From positions 11,222,001 to 11,286,000 of the forward strand of contig OZ004612.1 in NCBI GenBank assembly GCA_963924565.1: a stretch of DNA of 64,000 bases, in the 5' to 3' direction. Made by a program: the position numbers and the translations under genes. Positions 25,963 through 39,348 of the stretch are shown in pieces. Each line of letters opens with the position of its first letter. Position 1 is the stretch's first letter. Below the pieces are notes generated by a model. That model worked only from the letters and a program-made list of their open reading frames with translations. It was not told where the DNA came from and made no database searches. Source of the DNA: Ascidiella aspersa (Eukaryota).

Positions 25963-28900
25963 ATGTAAAGTTTTTAACGGATCGGGTGAACAACAACACA
26001 GAATCAATTAAATTCATTCGCGACAACGGTTTGTCTGTGTGTTGTTGGAGGTATTCTCGAGTTGTTTGTGCTCTACCCGTATCGGTGACGTACATGCGAC
26101 CGTAATTACGGCCCCATTTCTACAAGATAACGCCGCTCCGTGGCGCGGCGCTGTTTATTTTAGGACGCGGTTCGGCCTGGTCGAGTAACACGACCGCGTC
26201 GGCACATTTCGGCAAAAAATACCCGACGACCCAACCTCGGACCGGAAAACAAGCGACTTCACCCAACCGGTTGCGTCATGACGCGCACGCCGTGAGTATT
26301 TTGAAGGCAAAGCGGCGAGCGGCGGACACGATTTGGATTTGGCGCGCCAAAGTTCGGACCGCGGAAAAACCGCAAACTTTGTTTTTGTCGCGATCGGATC
26401 TCGCAAACCGCTGCTTTGTTTTTATACATGGTTAGATTTATTGAGACCGGCCTGAGAAAAAAACAAAATCGTTTTCAACTATTTTTAGGACTTCAAGAAT
26501 TAACGCAAATAAGCACTGCTGTAAAATGATTTTTACAGCCTATTTCCATACCTGACATACCACTGTAAGGATACGTTTCACTTGAATGAACTATGCGTTT
26601 ACAAATGACAAAAATACTTTTATTGCCTTGGCCGCCCTATATTTAGCCACCCGCCGCACAGGCTCTTGCTATCCAATCGCAAAATATTTACTTGGTACAG
26701 TTGACTGACCAATTATATTTTATAACATCCTTGCGCACAACAAGGCCAAATACTGTAAACCTTGTCAATACTGAAAATAAAATTTATCTTCCTGTAGTGC
26801 CATTTAATTGACAAAATATAGTTTTGCGCAACGTGAAAATGTGGAAGAGAATGCAAATTTACTATAGCGCAGTGTGGGATAGCCAGATAATTAAGACGAG
26901 TTTTTTTAACAAAGTGGCTCTACCATACATCCTTGTAAAACACTGTTTTGCCCTCCAGTCTGCCTCAATCACGACTAACTCGTGGCTTCAAGCTCATGTG
27001 CGGGATTTCCGTGTTAATATGGATATAGACACGTGTAACAGTGACCTAATTTCCCAAGACAAGACACAACTTTTGATGTAAGCGCTCTAATATGCTTTCC
27101 AACTTGGCTCCCATGTTTTAACCTCTGAAGCACAAAGCACAGGTGGTACGACCAGAAAATACCTTATAAGGTCAATAGTACTGACATTGTCGTCCCTATA
27201 CGAAATTTCCGCCCAAGGCGTAAGTGCCTACTATGCCTTATTTGGGTGCACCAACTTTCATGTGTTATAATTGTGATATTTGCATACGTTTGTTTTCATA
27301 GCGTCAAATTAGGCCATAACGGACCTTTGATACACGGTTTATAGGACATTGGAATAAAAATGGAGTTATCATCAACATCTACCCGTAAAATGTATTGGTT
27401 CTTTAATTCAGGATGTGGCATATAAATGTTTACTGGTGAACTGCACGAAGTTATTTTCAACGAAACCGCTGTTGGTTATGATTACCCGGTTAAGTCGCTT
27501 TACAGCGATGACTTTAAAAGATCTCAAAACACACAAATATGGTTTGTCAAAATTGGACTTGTACGACCTCCTTAAATATTGGCCACTTTCGTTTTTCGCT
27601 GTTTACGTTCAAAAGCCAAAAGGTATCAACAGAGCGCAGAATGTGTTTTGTTGATAGGAATCAGCAAGCTGTAATTCTCAACAAACAAAACTCAACTTTC
27701 GCTTTTTTTTGCGCAAACTTGTCCATGTTTATTTTGAAAAACACAGATGGTGATTCATTCGGCACATCGACCAAAGGATCGTCAGCATTATCAAAGGCCT
27801 TATCCTTCTTTCACAATGTCGACCTATAGATTTTGCCGTCTGTCCAAAAACAAAGGCGCATGTGCGAGGTAACACCTATTTTTGTTATCAGCCTCCAGAA
27901 AGTTCGATTTCCAGAGGCGGTCAGCACTTAACTGGTATATACGTCACGCTCAACAAGTGCCCCAAGCGTTTTCCCTGGCGCTTTTTCCGACTGCCAGTCG
28001 TTTATCGGATCGGCATACGCCTATTTTGTTTCATGGGTGCCGAGTTTGTGTGTATATAAAGACGAAAGTCAACTCGACACTTTATGCCCTGAAAGAGAAA
28101 GCTGATATCGGATCACTTGCTGTTAAATCGGTTTATTTGCGATTTCGCACGCCGGGCCAAGTGATACTCTTTCTGGGTACTACCACAAAATTTGTATCGC
28201 CACGAGCTGGAAAATACAAGGCATACAGTCGGCTTGGTTTAGCCGAAATCAGCCATTTCGCTATTTTGCTGGAACGAAAGGTCATTAAGGTAGAGTGAAA
28301 AGTTTTTTTTACGTCACGTCACTCAAATAAAAAAAGGCGACGCACAACCTGGCGGCAGACGCAGTAAATCAAATTGCGAGATTTCTATAATCCTGATGGC
28401 CTCTTTCCAGCTACTCCACAAAGACGCATACAAGTTTTGTTATGACGAGAGGCTTTCGAGGTATTTGTAAACGCTGGAGGGAAGGAAAATTTGCTTTCTT
28501 ACTGGACCAACCGTCGGTTAACTTTTAGATTTTTCTAATTATTTTTTTCCAAGTCGAACCTCGTCGTAATATAAAAATGCTTCATATACCATACTATTAT
28601 TGTGTGCGGTTAACAAAAGGTGATATAAGTCCAAAGTACTCACCCTAGCCTTGTCGCAGACTCAATCAACACAGCTATATGGTTTAGATTGCATTTAAAA
28701 ATGTTCTATATCTTTAATTTCAAAGAACACATAGTAATTGATATGACATGGCATTATTTAATGTCAGGGCAACATATATTGTACATATAGTTTGGAGAAG
28801 ATCAACGATTCAGAGAGTTTACACAACGCATAGAAATATACCAAACGAAAAAGAAATTTCATTCCAGACTGAATTGTTTCTTTGCGAAACACCATTTGTT

Positions 28901-31900
28901 TAATTTGCAGTACTGAAGGCGACCTTTTTGCTCGAACTATAAATGACAGGACAGAGGCCAACCAGAAAAACACTTTACTCTGGGATCGAATTTCTCAAGT
29001 TGTGTCGCATTTCGTTCAAGCGGCGGAACGAAACGCACCATACCTGAATGCAAATCAATTTTGTCATTTACATACGATGCGATGCTGGGATATCCACTGC
29101 CTGGATTACGTGTGTGGTTCCTGTAGTGTACGCCCATTCCAGGCGGATAGCCCGCGAAGATTTTAGTTGTCGCTTTCAGCTGAACAATTCGGGATGGCGA
29201 AATTGCCTTCAAGTGTTCTTTCCGAAGGGGATTGCCAATTCTCTGAATTCCGAACACTTTTCGATGGGGGTAATCCCGCAACCGCATGTCGGATGTTGAA
29301 ATAAGCAAGTGCTAAAAGCTCGGTTCCGCTGCGCAATATTGATTTATGTAATGTGTTTTACAGGTTTGCCGGTCGTTATAGTTGGACTTTGTATCCATTC
29401 GTTTTGGGGTTGCTTCTCGAGGCCATCTATCAGCTAAGGCTAAGGGAATGTGTGCTAATCCATACGGTTTTATTTATAGAACGGAATAAGCTTTGTTAAA
29501 CAAATAAACAGGGATTCATAAATGTTTTTTAGCTGCGTAACCTTTCAATTCATCTGAATGTTTGGCGCACCAGATCAAGATAATACGAAATTGAACACAC
29601 AAAACACTTGTTTTAGGCTGGGATGACATAACTTTGGTTTATCTGCAATTAAAGTGTGGACTTTGGCCAAATGAAACTTTCGGCCTACAAGCGCATGGTT
29701 GCTAAATTATTCTAAATAACCCTGGTTTACTTCATAAACACGACAGTAGAAAAAGTAAAATGTTGTAGTACAGTTGCTGCATAGTTACGGCGAGTGACGT
29801 TACGAAGCAATTTTAAAGTTCGTTTGATGCGAAACAGACAATAAAGACTCACGAGGGCGAGAAAATATGGCCAAAAGAAAACGTTGTTGATTGTAGAATG
29901 ATTTAATAGTTTTCCAGTAGCCTATGCATTCGAATATCATTGATTTGTTGATGTCAACGAACGGACAGCTTTCTTTAAAGTATTTTGCCCCGTAATCATG
30001 ACTATAACTTGTCAATTGGAGCTAAATGGTCTCATTATTTGTGAAACTAAATATGTACAAACTTTATTTGCTATGAAAACTGATGACTTTTTTACTTTTG
30101 ACCCATTATAAAAAATAAATTTCCCACGTAATCCAATTTTACTCATTTAAAGTGTTGTTGTCCCTAATTTACAGATTTCTTTCTTAGGTTTGACAGGGTC
30201 GCAACCGGAACCACCTCACCTCAGTATCGGACGCGACCGATACTATCACTTGGCATCCGGTATGTGCTCTGAAGTAAAATGATCTGACAAAAAATGGGGA
30301 ACAACCAAATTAAATATATGTTGCCTTCGAAAAGATACGCCTATTTAATTTTGTACAAACGGGGTCGCTTTCCACCAAAGCTCAAACAAAGTTACCTTCA
30401 CAATCGGGCGAAATTTAATTCAGTTTAAGTGGGACAGTAGAATGGAGTATTACTTGTTTTGACCGAAAGCTGCGAAACAACAACATCCCTTTTACAGGTG
30501 ACACCGGTTACTATAACTTAATCATTGCGCTCGGTGCCGGGAAAAACAACAAGTTTTATGAACGGGAATATTTGTGAATGGGGGCGCATATCGTAAAACT
30601 CGTAAACGTTGCGCAAGGTCGATTTTCTGAAGAGCAGCGCAAATATTTATCACGATTCTGCAAACGTCGCGCTTAACACGGCGGTTTGCACAAGAGTGAC
30701 GATTTTACAGCAGCAAATATTAACTTAATGACGTTGCTGTGTTTACGGTGTACAGCCCTATAGTTCGGCATTCAATGATAACCGCGAGATAAAGGGATGA
30801 AAAATAGCGCTCGTCTAATTTTGCTACCTAAAAATGACTGTGACTTTATTTGTTTTCCATAATTTAGCCTATTTTTACATCCATTTGTTTAAAACATATT
30901 TTGTCTCGAAATGTAACAGATTGAAACGATGTTGGCCCATATGTGACACGCGCCATATGGTTTACGATAAACTTTGGCCTATCAGGTAAAAAAATAGAAA
31001 ACGGTTAGAATAGAAATGCAGTGGTAAACAAAACAGAAACAGTATGAGTGCCGCAAAAATATAACTGGTAAAAATATGCAAAATGTATGAAATATACCTT
31101 ACTAATCAAGGGTTATAAATAAACTTAAATTTGCAAAATCCCTATGCCCTACGGCTTTAGTACGAAAACAGACCAATTCGTCAAACAAGTTAAGTTAAAG
31201 GCAAAGTTATCTTCATCGCAGAGCAGCGAAAGCACAACTAAGCAAAGTTACGCCATCTTACCGACATCGATCGGCATTCGAGGATGCGAAAACGAAACTA
31301 TACCTGAACGCGGCAAAGAATTGGATCAGCCAGTGGGGTGCTTCATTGTAAATTTGCCAAGTTTTCATCGAGCTGTATTGTACAACGTGAATGTAAACAT
31401 GAATTTGTATTATATCCTACTAAGTTCTAATGGTATTCTAAGAAAAGATTACGCTTGTTTCAACCGCTTTTAAGTTGGATAAATGAAACGCAGTATACAC
31501 TTAAACGGAGTAAGTTAAGTTATGCCGATTTGCAATTTTACATCGAGGTATGTGAAATACAAAGAACCATGGGACAAACAAAGAGCTATACTGAAAATGT
31601 TTTTAAAAATAGTATATAAATTCACAATTTAAAGACAAACGCGTGTATTAATGCTTGGATTTTATTGCACAGATTGTTTAATGTCTGTATGTGTTGTTTT
31701 TCACCTTATTTACACTATTGCGTTCTTACTTATTTAACTTTTCTCTCCACTTCTGCACCACAACTTTTACCTGATTAATTCTTCATCTTTCTACGAATAT
31801 TCTTTGTACGACACCTTTTGACTGTTAGTCACATTTGGCACATGCACCTTTTTACTTTGCCGCAGATATGGGAAAAATTTCAAGATTTCGACTATCAGGT

Positions 31901-34472
31901 TTGGGCAATGGTGAGCAAACCATCAAAATCATACCAACTGCATAAAACATTTGAGCTCCCTGCTTGGATGTTAGTCGTCAATATTCTAATGTCCTGTAGT
32001 CTTTTCGTCCAAAGTGCCTTATTTATAACTGCTTATACTCCGTCCCTTGTAGCGTCCAGGTATACGTCAGGCTGTTGAATATGAACCTCGGTATTTTGTT
32101 AAACAAATGCTGAGAACTTGCCAAAAAATATGCAAGATTCGTTGCGCAATTAATTTTCCAGCTGTTCGAAGCGCAACAGGACATTATACATAGTTCAAGT
32201 ATCCTGCGCTTTTTACCGCAACAACCTACAATATGCGTGTTAAAGTGGCATTCGATTGCTTTAAGCCAATGGATTGCGTTGCTTGAAAATCCCGGCAGCC
32301 AATCCTACAACGGATTGCGTAAATGCAAATGCGTCACGTTGGCGCGTATTTCAATGGCGGCTCATAATTTAACCGAATCTCTTTTGTGGCGAGAAACTTT
32401 GACAAGTTTCGCTTTTGGTTTGTACTGTGCCTGTATTTAGTATTCGTTTAATTAAAATTAAAAAAAACGAATGTACTAAAAAAAATGTTAATTTTTAGAT
32501 TGGTTTATCGTGCGACCAACAATATATTTATGGTATGTTTCAAATTGACTTTAGCGTGCACAATGGATCGGTGATAGCAACTTTTACAAAGAATAATTAC
32601 ACTTTTTCACGAAGAATACAAGTTGTACGTAACACATAGTTACGACTATACAACGAAATACACTCTCTTCTGAAAGGTGTTCTACCAAAATTCGACTATG
32701 ATTTTTTTAATTATGATATGGACTTAATCTTAAAACATGATTTTGAATTGAACAATGTGTCTAATAGGGGATATGGTGCATCTTAAGCTAACAGCTTTGG
32801 TAGTTCTCACGTCATACTTTGTAAATTCCAAATTTAAAAGTGTCCTGTTTCGTCTTTGGCCAAATTCAGGCTTGTGCGCATCAATTTTAGAGCAGTGCGC
32901 TTCACGCGGTAGAAATAAAAAAACCAAAATGGCAACAAATATTTACCGGAATTTTTAAAGGTTCAAAGCCTCACGGGCAAATCGTGGGCCGTTGACAAAC
33001 CGGAAATTCCGTCGTGATGTTGAACGCAAAGTTTATAGCTATTTCAATTCAAAAGTCGTGTTTTCACTCCGCCGCTCGCAAAACACACCCCAGAAAGGTC
33101 AGCCGCATTCCAAAGGGGCATTCCAAAGGGGCCTTCGCGGCGTTAATTCTCCACGCGAATTTTCGGAATGCCAGATCAGCTGTGCTCGAGGAGAAATGCG
33201 CGCGCGGCGGCCGTTTTTTTTGTCGCGCCTCGCCGCCTTTGACGTTTTCCCATCACGCGCAAAGAGCAAAAAAAGCCTCCACGTACGAGCACGGGACGCG
33301 TTGACGCAAGGCCTTGTCGTCTTTCAGGCGAAAGGAGCGACTACGCTTAACTCGCTTTGTTTGCGCAAAAAGCGCGCCGCAAGGTCGTTGACTCTGCGCC
33401 GCTCCGCAAACAGGCCGCCCTTTGTTCAGTCAAGTGCGCCCGAAAAAGGGGGCCGTGCGCAGAGAGAAAGAGGGTGAACGCGCGCGCGCTCCTGGTTGGG
33501 GCGTTTCTCCGGTTGGGTGGCGACAATGGAAGTGGGGGCACTTACACCCTTTATTTGGGCGTCGTTAACGAGCGCCCGTGTGCAAAATTTGCTGTCTTGG
33601 TTTGCGGGTCGAAAACAAAATTTCCGAAAGGATTTCCGGTGCCCGTGTTTATGAGAAGATCACCTTTTGCGACCCAAGCGCATTTTTTGCTGACGCCGCA
33701 GTCTCGCTTGCCGCCTGTTGTCTCTGCACAAGCAGTCCAACACTTTTATGGTCAATCACACCCTCCCTTTTTGCATATGGCTGTGGGGTGAACATTTGTA
33801 CAAAATACAGCACCGAGTAGGCGATTTCTGGCCCTGTAGTATACCTGTTGGAAGCAGTAAAAAATTCATAGACTTTAAAACTGCGAGGAAATTAGGAATT
33901 TTAATTATACTTTCAGGTGAAAAAAAGAATAAAAATACGTAATTATGTACTATTTAAAATAAATAAGTATATTTTGACCATGGTTAACGTTTGCTAGATA
34001 TTCTCAAGACTTCTTCATCGCGGGGCATTTCAATTTACAAAGGATTTTGATCATTACAACTGATTTGTATGGAACTCGCTTTGCAATTCGCTTTAGAAAC
34101 TTGTTTAAACGGCGGCTTATGTGCTAATTTGAACATGAACGTAAAACATGTGCTTTTTAAACAGGTCACTGATTTTGGTTATGTAGGCAGTCTAAAAATA
34201 TCGCGGTAACGGCGCCCCTTGGGTTATTTCCCGCCTGGTTTGTTTTATGTAAGATTCGCTCGAATGCACAAATATTCTTCGCATGAAAGTTCAAGTAGCA
34301 GCCTTTTATTTTAACAACGGGTATAGACACTAGTTACGAAAAAGCAATGATGTGGGTTATTTTTAGCCTGAAAGTTCTATTCACTATGGCAACATAATTT
34401 CGTTTGACAAACACCAAAATTTCCAGCGGAGTACGAAGTTTTGTGGAGGCACTTTTTCTTATGGTGTGGTAT

Positions 34473-34694
34473 CCAGTGATGTCCGATAATTTCGGATTGG
34501 AGCCTATACCCGTTGACAAGCGATAGTGTGGATACTAGGGTGGTATCGGCCCTGAAATGATACCAAATTATTTTGAGCATTTCTGTCACGTTTTTCATTC
34601 AACGTAGATTTTTTTACTTTGAAAGCTGAATTGTTGCCTGTTTTAACATAGTTATGAGGTATATCAGAATAAAACACTGATAATGGACATCCCT
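34473..34694. repeat. Dispersed MITE-like family (GATGTCCGATA...GGACATCCCTA); relatives at ~5400-5680, ~7596-7970 and ~30220-30265
   Basis: Shared gatactagggtggtatcgg and atcggat motifs. Confidence 0.5.
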
Positions 34695-35145
34695 AATGGT
34701 TTCTATATGGACAAAAGGAAAAAGCTAAATCGCCATGTTGCCATTTTGTTGACCAGAATTACACTTTGGGGCAGATCGGTGGCACAAAGAATTGGCTATT
34801 GGAAATTATTGCAAAAACAAAGTTGACAAACATATTGTAAAATTATTAGCATATATCCAATTTGGCAACAAAAGATAATATTTGAATATCTGTATTTTTG
34901 TTGTGCCGTGACATCTGCTCGATGCAAAGATAAATATAAAAGGCGAATAAAAAAAGCGAATAATTGTCGGCGAATATCTTATGAAGTTAATCTTAACATG
35001 TCGAAAATCGCAATGTTTGATTATTCCGATTATAAGGTTTTGTATAAACATAAAAAAAAAGAATCATCAGAAACACTTCCGTGTACTCACTCCCAAATGT
35101 AGATAAAAAACACATAATGTCCACGATAAAAGCTCTCAAAGTTTT

Positions 35146-35235
35146 AATAGCTTGAGAAGCGCACCGCTTGGAACAACAATCGATTTAATTTTGCTGACTG
35201 ATTGTTGTTCGAAGCGGAGCGCTTCTCAAGCTATT
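35146..35235. repeat. Hairpin (internally deleted) member of a fold-back family also found at ~40460-40560 and 45492-45844
   Basis: aatagcttgagaagcgcaccgctt...aagcggagcgcttctcaagctatt. Confidence 0.7.
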
Positions 35236-35595
35236 ATTTAAATCAGATGAATATTTAGATTTCTGAAGAAAGCACAGGACAAAAAAAAGAAACCATCTCT
35301 TAAAGATAAACACAATTGTATATTTTCGCCAGGCGTCCAATCTTTTTCCACCAAACAATCAATTAAACGTTTGAGCTCTACCGGGCATAAGGCACAAACA
35401 TGCTCTTAACATTGATCACGGTCTTATGAGCAGCATGTTGTGCTGTTCCCAATGTAAGACCCATCATGTTCACGTAAAATGAAATTGTTCGTCGCCATGT
35501 CACTTTAGGTCTTCCAGGTTTTCTTTTATCAGGTGTAATCCAACTTATAATACACAAAAGTCGTTAACCATTTCAAAGTTGCTCGGTATTGATTG

Positions 35596-36069
35596 CAGGG
35601 AGTCGAACCGTTTGACTTTTCCGGTTCAGGTTCGGTTCGGGTTCAAGGATTTTTTCGGAATCCGGTTCAGTTCCGGTTTCGGTTCGATGTAATTTAAAAG
35701 TTCCGGTTCAGCTCCGGTTCAACCTTCGTTATTTTAAAACCGGTTCATAAAGTTCCGGTTCGGTTCCGGTTCGACTCCCTGTTATATTGTATCTGAACCG
35801 GAACTTTATGAACCGGTTTTAAAATAACGAAGGTTGAACCGGAGCTGAACCGGAACTTTTAAATTACATCGAACCGAAACCGGAACTGAACCGGATTCCG
35901 AAAAAATCATTGAACCCGAACCGAACCTGAACCGGAAAAGTCAAACGGTTCGACTCCCTGCAATCAATACCGAGCAACTTTGAAATGGTTAAAAACCGGT
36001 TCAGGTTCGGAAAAAATTAACCCAAAACCGGTTCATAAAGTTCCGGTTCGGTTCCGGTTCGACTCCCTG
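35596..36069. mobile_element. hAT-type MITE (TIR CAGGGAGTCGAACC, CCGGTTC subrepeats) carrying an internal inverted duplication
   Basis: 8-bp TSD ATTGATTG at 35588-35595 and 36070-36077. Confidence 0.85.
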
Positions 36070-36274
36070 ATTGATTGTCGGTATTACATCTGTGATAGCG
36101 TTTACCAGCATAACTTGGATATTATTGTTTTCCTGGTGAGTCCAGTTGTTCAGGCATATACATTTAGTTCTGTTTTGTGTTGTAGTTGTCCCATCCTTAG
36201 AGGAAGGTTGACTAAATCATCTACAAAGTCAAGCATCTAGCTTGGTAAATTGGGCACATCGTACGCCTCTACAC

Positions 36275-36549
36275 CAGTGTTTCTTAACCTTTCTTACTTC
36301 AAGGCACACCTAGAGACATTTTAAAACGTGGCGGCCACCTGGCGAGAACTTTTTTGAGTATAGCTGCAAATGTCTTGAATTGCTGGTATGATTTCACTAC
36401 ATAGGCTTTTGAAAGTACTGTGGAATCGTTGAGCAACGACGAATAGAAAAGTTGAAAGTTAATATATTATGTTTTATGTATTAAAATATTTTTTTTGTTC
36501 GCGGCGCACTTGGCAACCTTTCATGGCGGCCAGCGGTTAAGAAGCGCTG
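36275..36549. mobile_element. Old Charlie-like MITE
   Basis: cagtgtttcttaacc / ggttaagaagcgctg termini; degenerate TSD ctctacac/ctctagga. Confidence 0.55.
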
Positions 36550-39348
36550 CTCTAGGATTGTTAGCTGGCGAGGAAAAACAATAGTCATGATGATGCTGCG
36601 TTTTAGTTTTTTGTAGACAAGTTTATTGCGTGTAATGCTTTTTTTCAGAATTCCATATAAGCGTAAAATATTCCTCAAATTTTTGCGGTGTAGGCAATCA
36701 AAAACATTTCGAAAATTTATAAAGTCAATGTAAAGAGGTGGGTGTTATTCCGGGCATATAAATGTGAATCAAGCAAATTATACCGCTGTGTTTTTTCTGC
36801 TTTGTTTTGCCATATAACGTGACGGGGTTACTTCGCCGCCATTGATAACGTTAGATTTAAGCAAAATATAACTTGGGTCGATATGGTCTGCTTTAACGTT
36901 ATGACTGGATTAGGGTCCAATCTGTATAAATGCAGTTCAAAACTTTCATATGAAGAAGCACTTCTAAATGCATTGTCCTCGTTGGTTGAAAGGCAATCGA
37001 TATATAGGCTACTCTTATGCGAAACCTGTTTTTGGTATAGCTCACTGTCTCCCTCCAGCGACTACTACAAAATTTGGATTCCACATTTTCTTCTAGAAGT
37101 TGCTAAAATTTTATTTTATATCTAGCGCTTAAGGGGCTAGCTAGACAAAGATTTTTACGGGTCGAAAGAATGTTCCTTCAGCCTCAGGTAGTCAAGCCTC
37201 ACAAATACTGTCATTCTTGTCCCTGTGCAAGAGAAGCCGAAATACCGACTCCCCAACGATGGAAGCCAATATAAGCTCAAGGTTCAATTAAAAAAAGATT
37301 GACGTGATGCAGTGCCAAACGAGCAGCCTGGCGACAGGTGAAGGTTGTGCGAGACACATTATAAATGACACAACAAAACAGTTCACCGTTGTTAACAATT
37401 GTAACATCATCAGAATATGACTGACCTCCCTTTGGAACAAAAATCATTACATTTGCTTCAAATTTCAACCGCTAGTTGCGTTATCCAGATTTCATAGAGA
37501 TGAGGGTTCATGCTAGTGTCGGTCAATATATTTGCCATTCGGTAATACAAGCGAACGTGTGTAGGCCTACTGCTGTGGACTCCTACAATATCGAATTAAA
37601 ACACAAAATACAAAAATCGTAATCCCAAATTGAAAGAAGCTATAAAATTGCACTTTAGCCTTCTATAACAATGAAAACAAGTTCGGACCAAATAGCCTAC
37701 CTTAGTTTAAGGCAGTGTTGTTAAACATTTTGGGCCGCGTAAAACATTCTGACGTTTTACTGTTGTTACGGCCACCTGTTTTCATAGCAACTATTTTGCT
37801 TTAATGTGTTTATTAAAAAAACTTTTCCAGCGCTATAGAAAGCCGCTCACGTAACACGAGGAAAGCCCGCGCGTACCACTTGTACAACTGGATTACGAAG
37901 TGCCATTCAAACCGCTGAGATAACCTTTTTTTTCCAAGTTGCACGAATTCTTGGAAATGTAGCCTAACACAGGGCGCCATACACTTGCTCTGGAAGGCGG
38001 AGAAAATCGATATCGCAATATTGGAGAGCCTTTGATTGTCGTACCACATGCGTTTATTTCTTGTTATCTGTCCGATTGCTATAGGCTACCTGCAAACGCT
38101 GTTGCGCTGATGCTGACCCGAGATAAAAACCCAAGAATGGTTCAAACTGGGCGCGTCTTGGTCTTGTGTAAGCGTTCCGCGGCCAATGCTAGAAACGTCA
38201 TCCAATTAAAATAACGAAATTTCCTCTTAAGTCAACGAAAGATATGAAGTTTTTCAAATTTATAAAAGCCGTAAAAATGCATTTTATCCGAAAGTGGGGC
38301 ACAGAAGGTGCAAGGGTATTTTACAAAAAAACAAACATTTTCTTTACTCTAATGGAACACAGGTTTCTAGGCCAGAGCCTCCTTAAAATATAATCCATAC
38401 AGTGACTCAGTTTTCACTTGCCGGTTTCCTCTCAACAACAATAAAACCCGGATGCAGATGGCTAACTGCGTAAAGCTGGTCACATATCGTTCGCAGTAAT
38501 AAAAAAAATGTCAGAGCCAATGTGTTGTAAAATAGCGAAATAACCCTGGCGTACAACATGTGTGTAAAACAACTGGTGGGTCTTTATCCAGCTTAATTTG
38601 TTTGTATTTTTTTTAACGTTTTGTCACTGATTCTTAGTCGATTTGAACTATACCGAATCTTCAATGTGAACTGAACTACGGGTATTTCCCATACGAATAA
38701 AACAAGGTTGTTACAGTGATATAGTTACGATGAAGAAATACAGGTAAACGTTTTGCCACAATACAAGCAACCACAATATTTGACACGTACAATGTAAGCA
38801 TACAGTTTTGTTTGGACTTTGAAACACTAAATAAGCGTTTTCTAATTTTATAGTAGGACTACGTAACAGTGTTATAATTACTTAATGTTCTGTACGCCAC
38901 ACTATTCTGGTTTTAATTGCAAAAATAAAGTGTGTCCCAGTAAAACGTTTCGCGGCTCTCTACGTTTGACAATAATTAATAATCAGAATACTTTTAGTTG
39001 GTTTATGCTGCTCGAGAACGTTGGAAGTGATGTTACCCGAGGGGAAGGGAGCCTTTACATATAAAAAACATAACTTAAATGGATTTATGATATAGTTGTG
39101 AACGTGCTCGCGACCCACAATTATGGACGCTCTGAATCTTTCAGAGAACAACAGACAGAGAAAAAATAGCAAAATAAAACACGACACATATTTGGAATTT
39201 TGAAGAAGGTCAGTCTGTCTAAATTTCGCAGGCTTAAACCGTCTACCTTACACAGGCTTAAACCGTCTACCTTGTATTTCAAGCTGAAACGGTATTCAAG
39301 CCTAAATAGAATCTTAATTTGGTGTTAGAAACAAGCTGAAAACTTCAA

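Noticed and set aside
27600-29310. Possible decayed coding or transposon sequence with 80-138 aa ORFs
   Set aside because: No recognisable motif; needs tBLASTx against Dfam or Repbase.
32992-33791. 161-aa and 144-aa Arg-rich ORFs
   Set aside because: Non-ATG starts, no domain and no splice structure; explained by low stop-codon density in a CpG island.
31800-37470. CpG-poor patches at ~31.8-32.1 kb and ~36.9-37.5 kb that might be old LINE remnants
   Set aside because: I could not recover convincing endonuclease or RT motifs.
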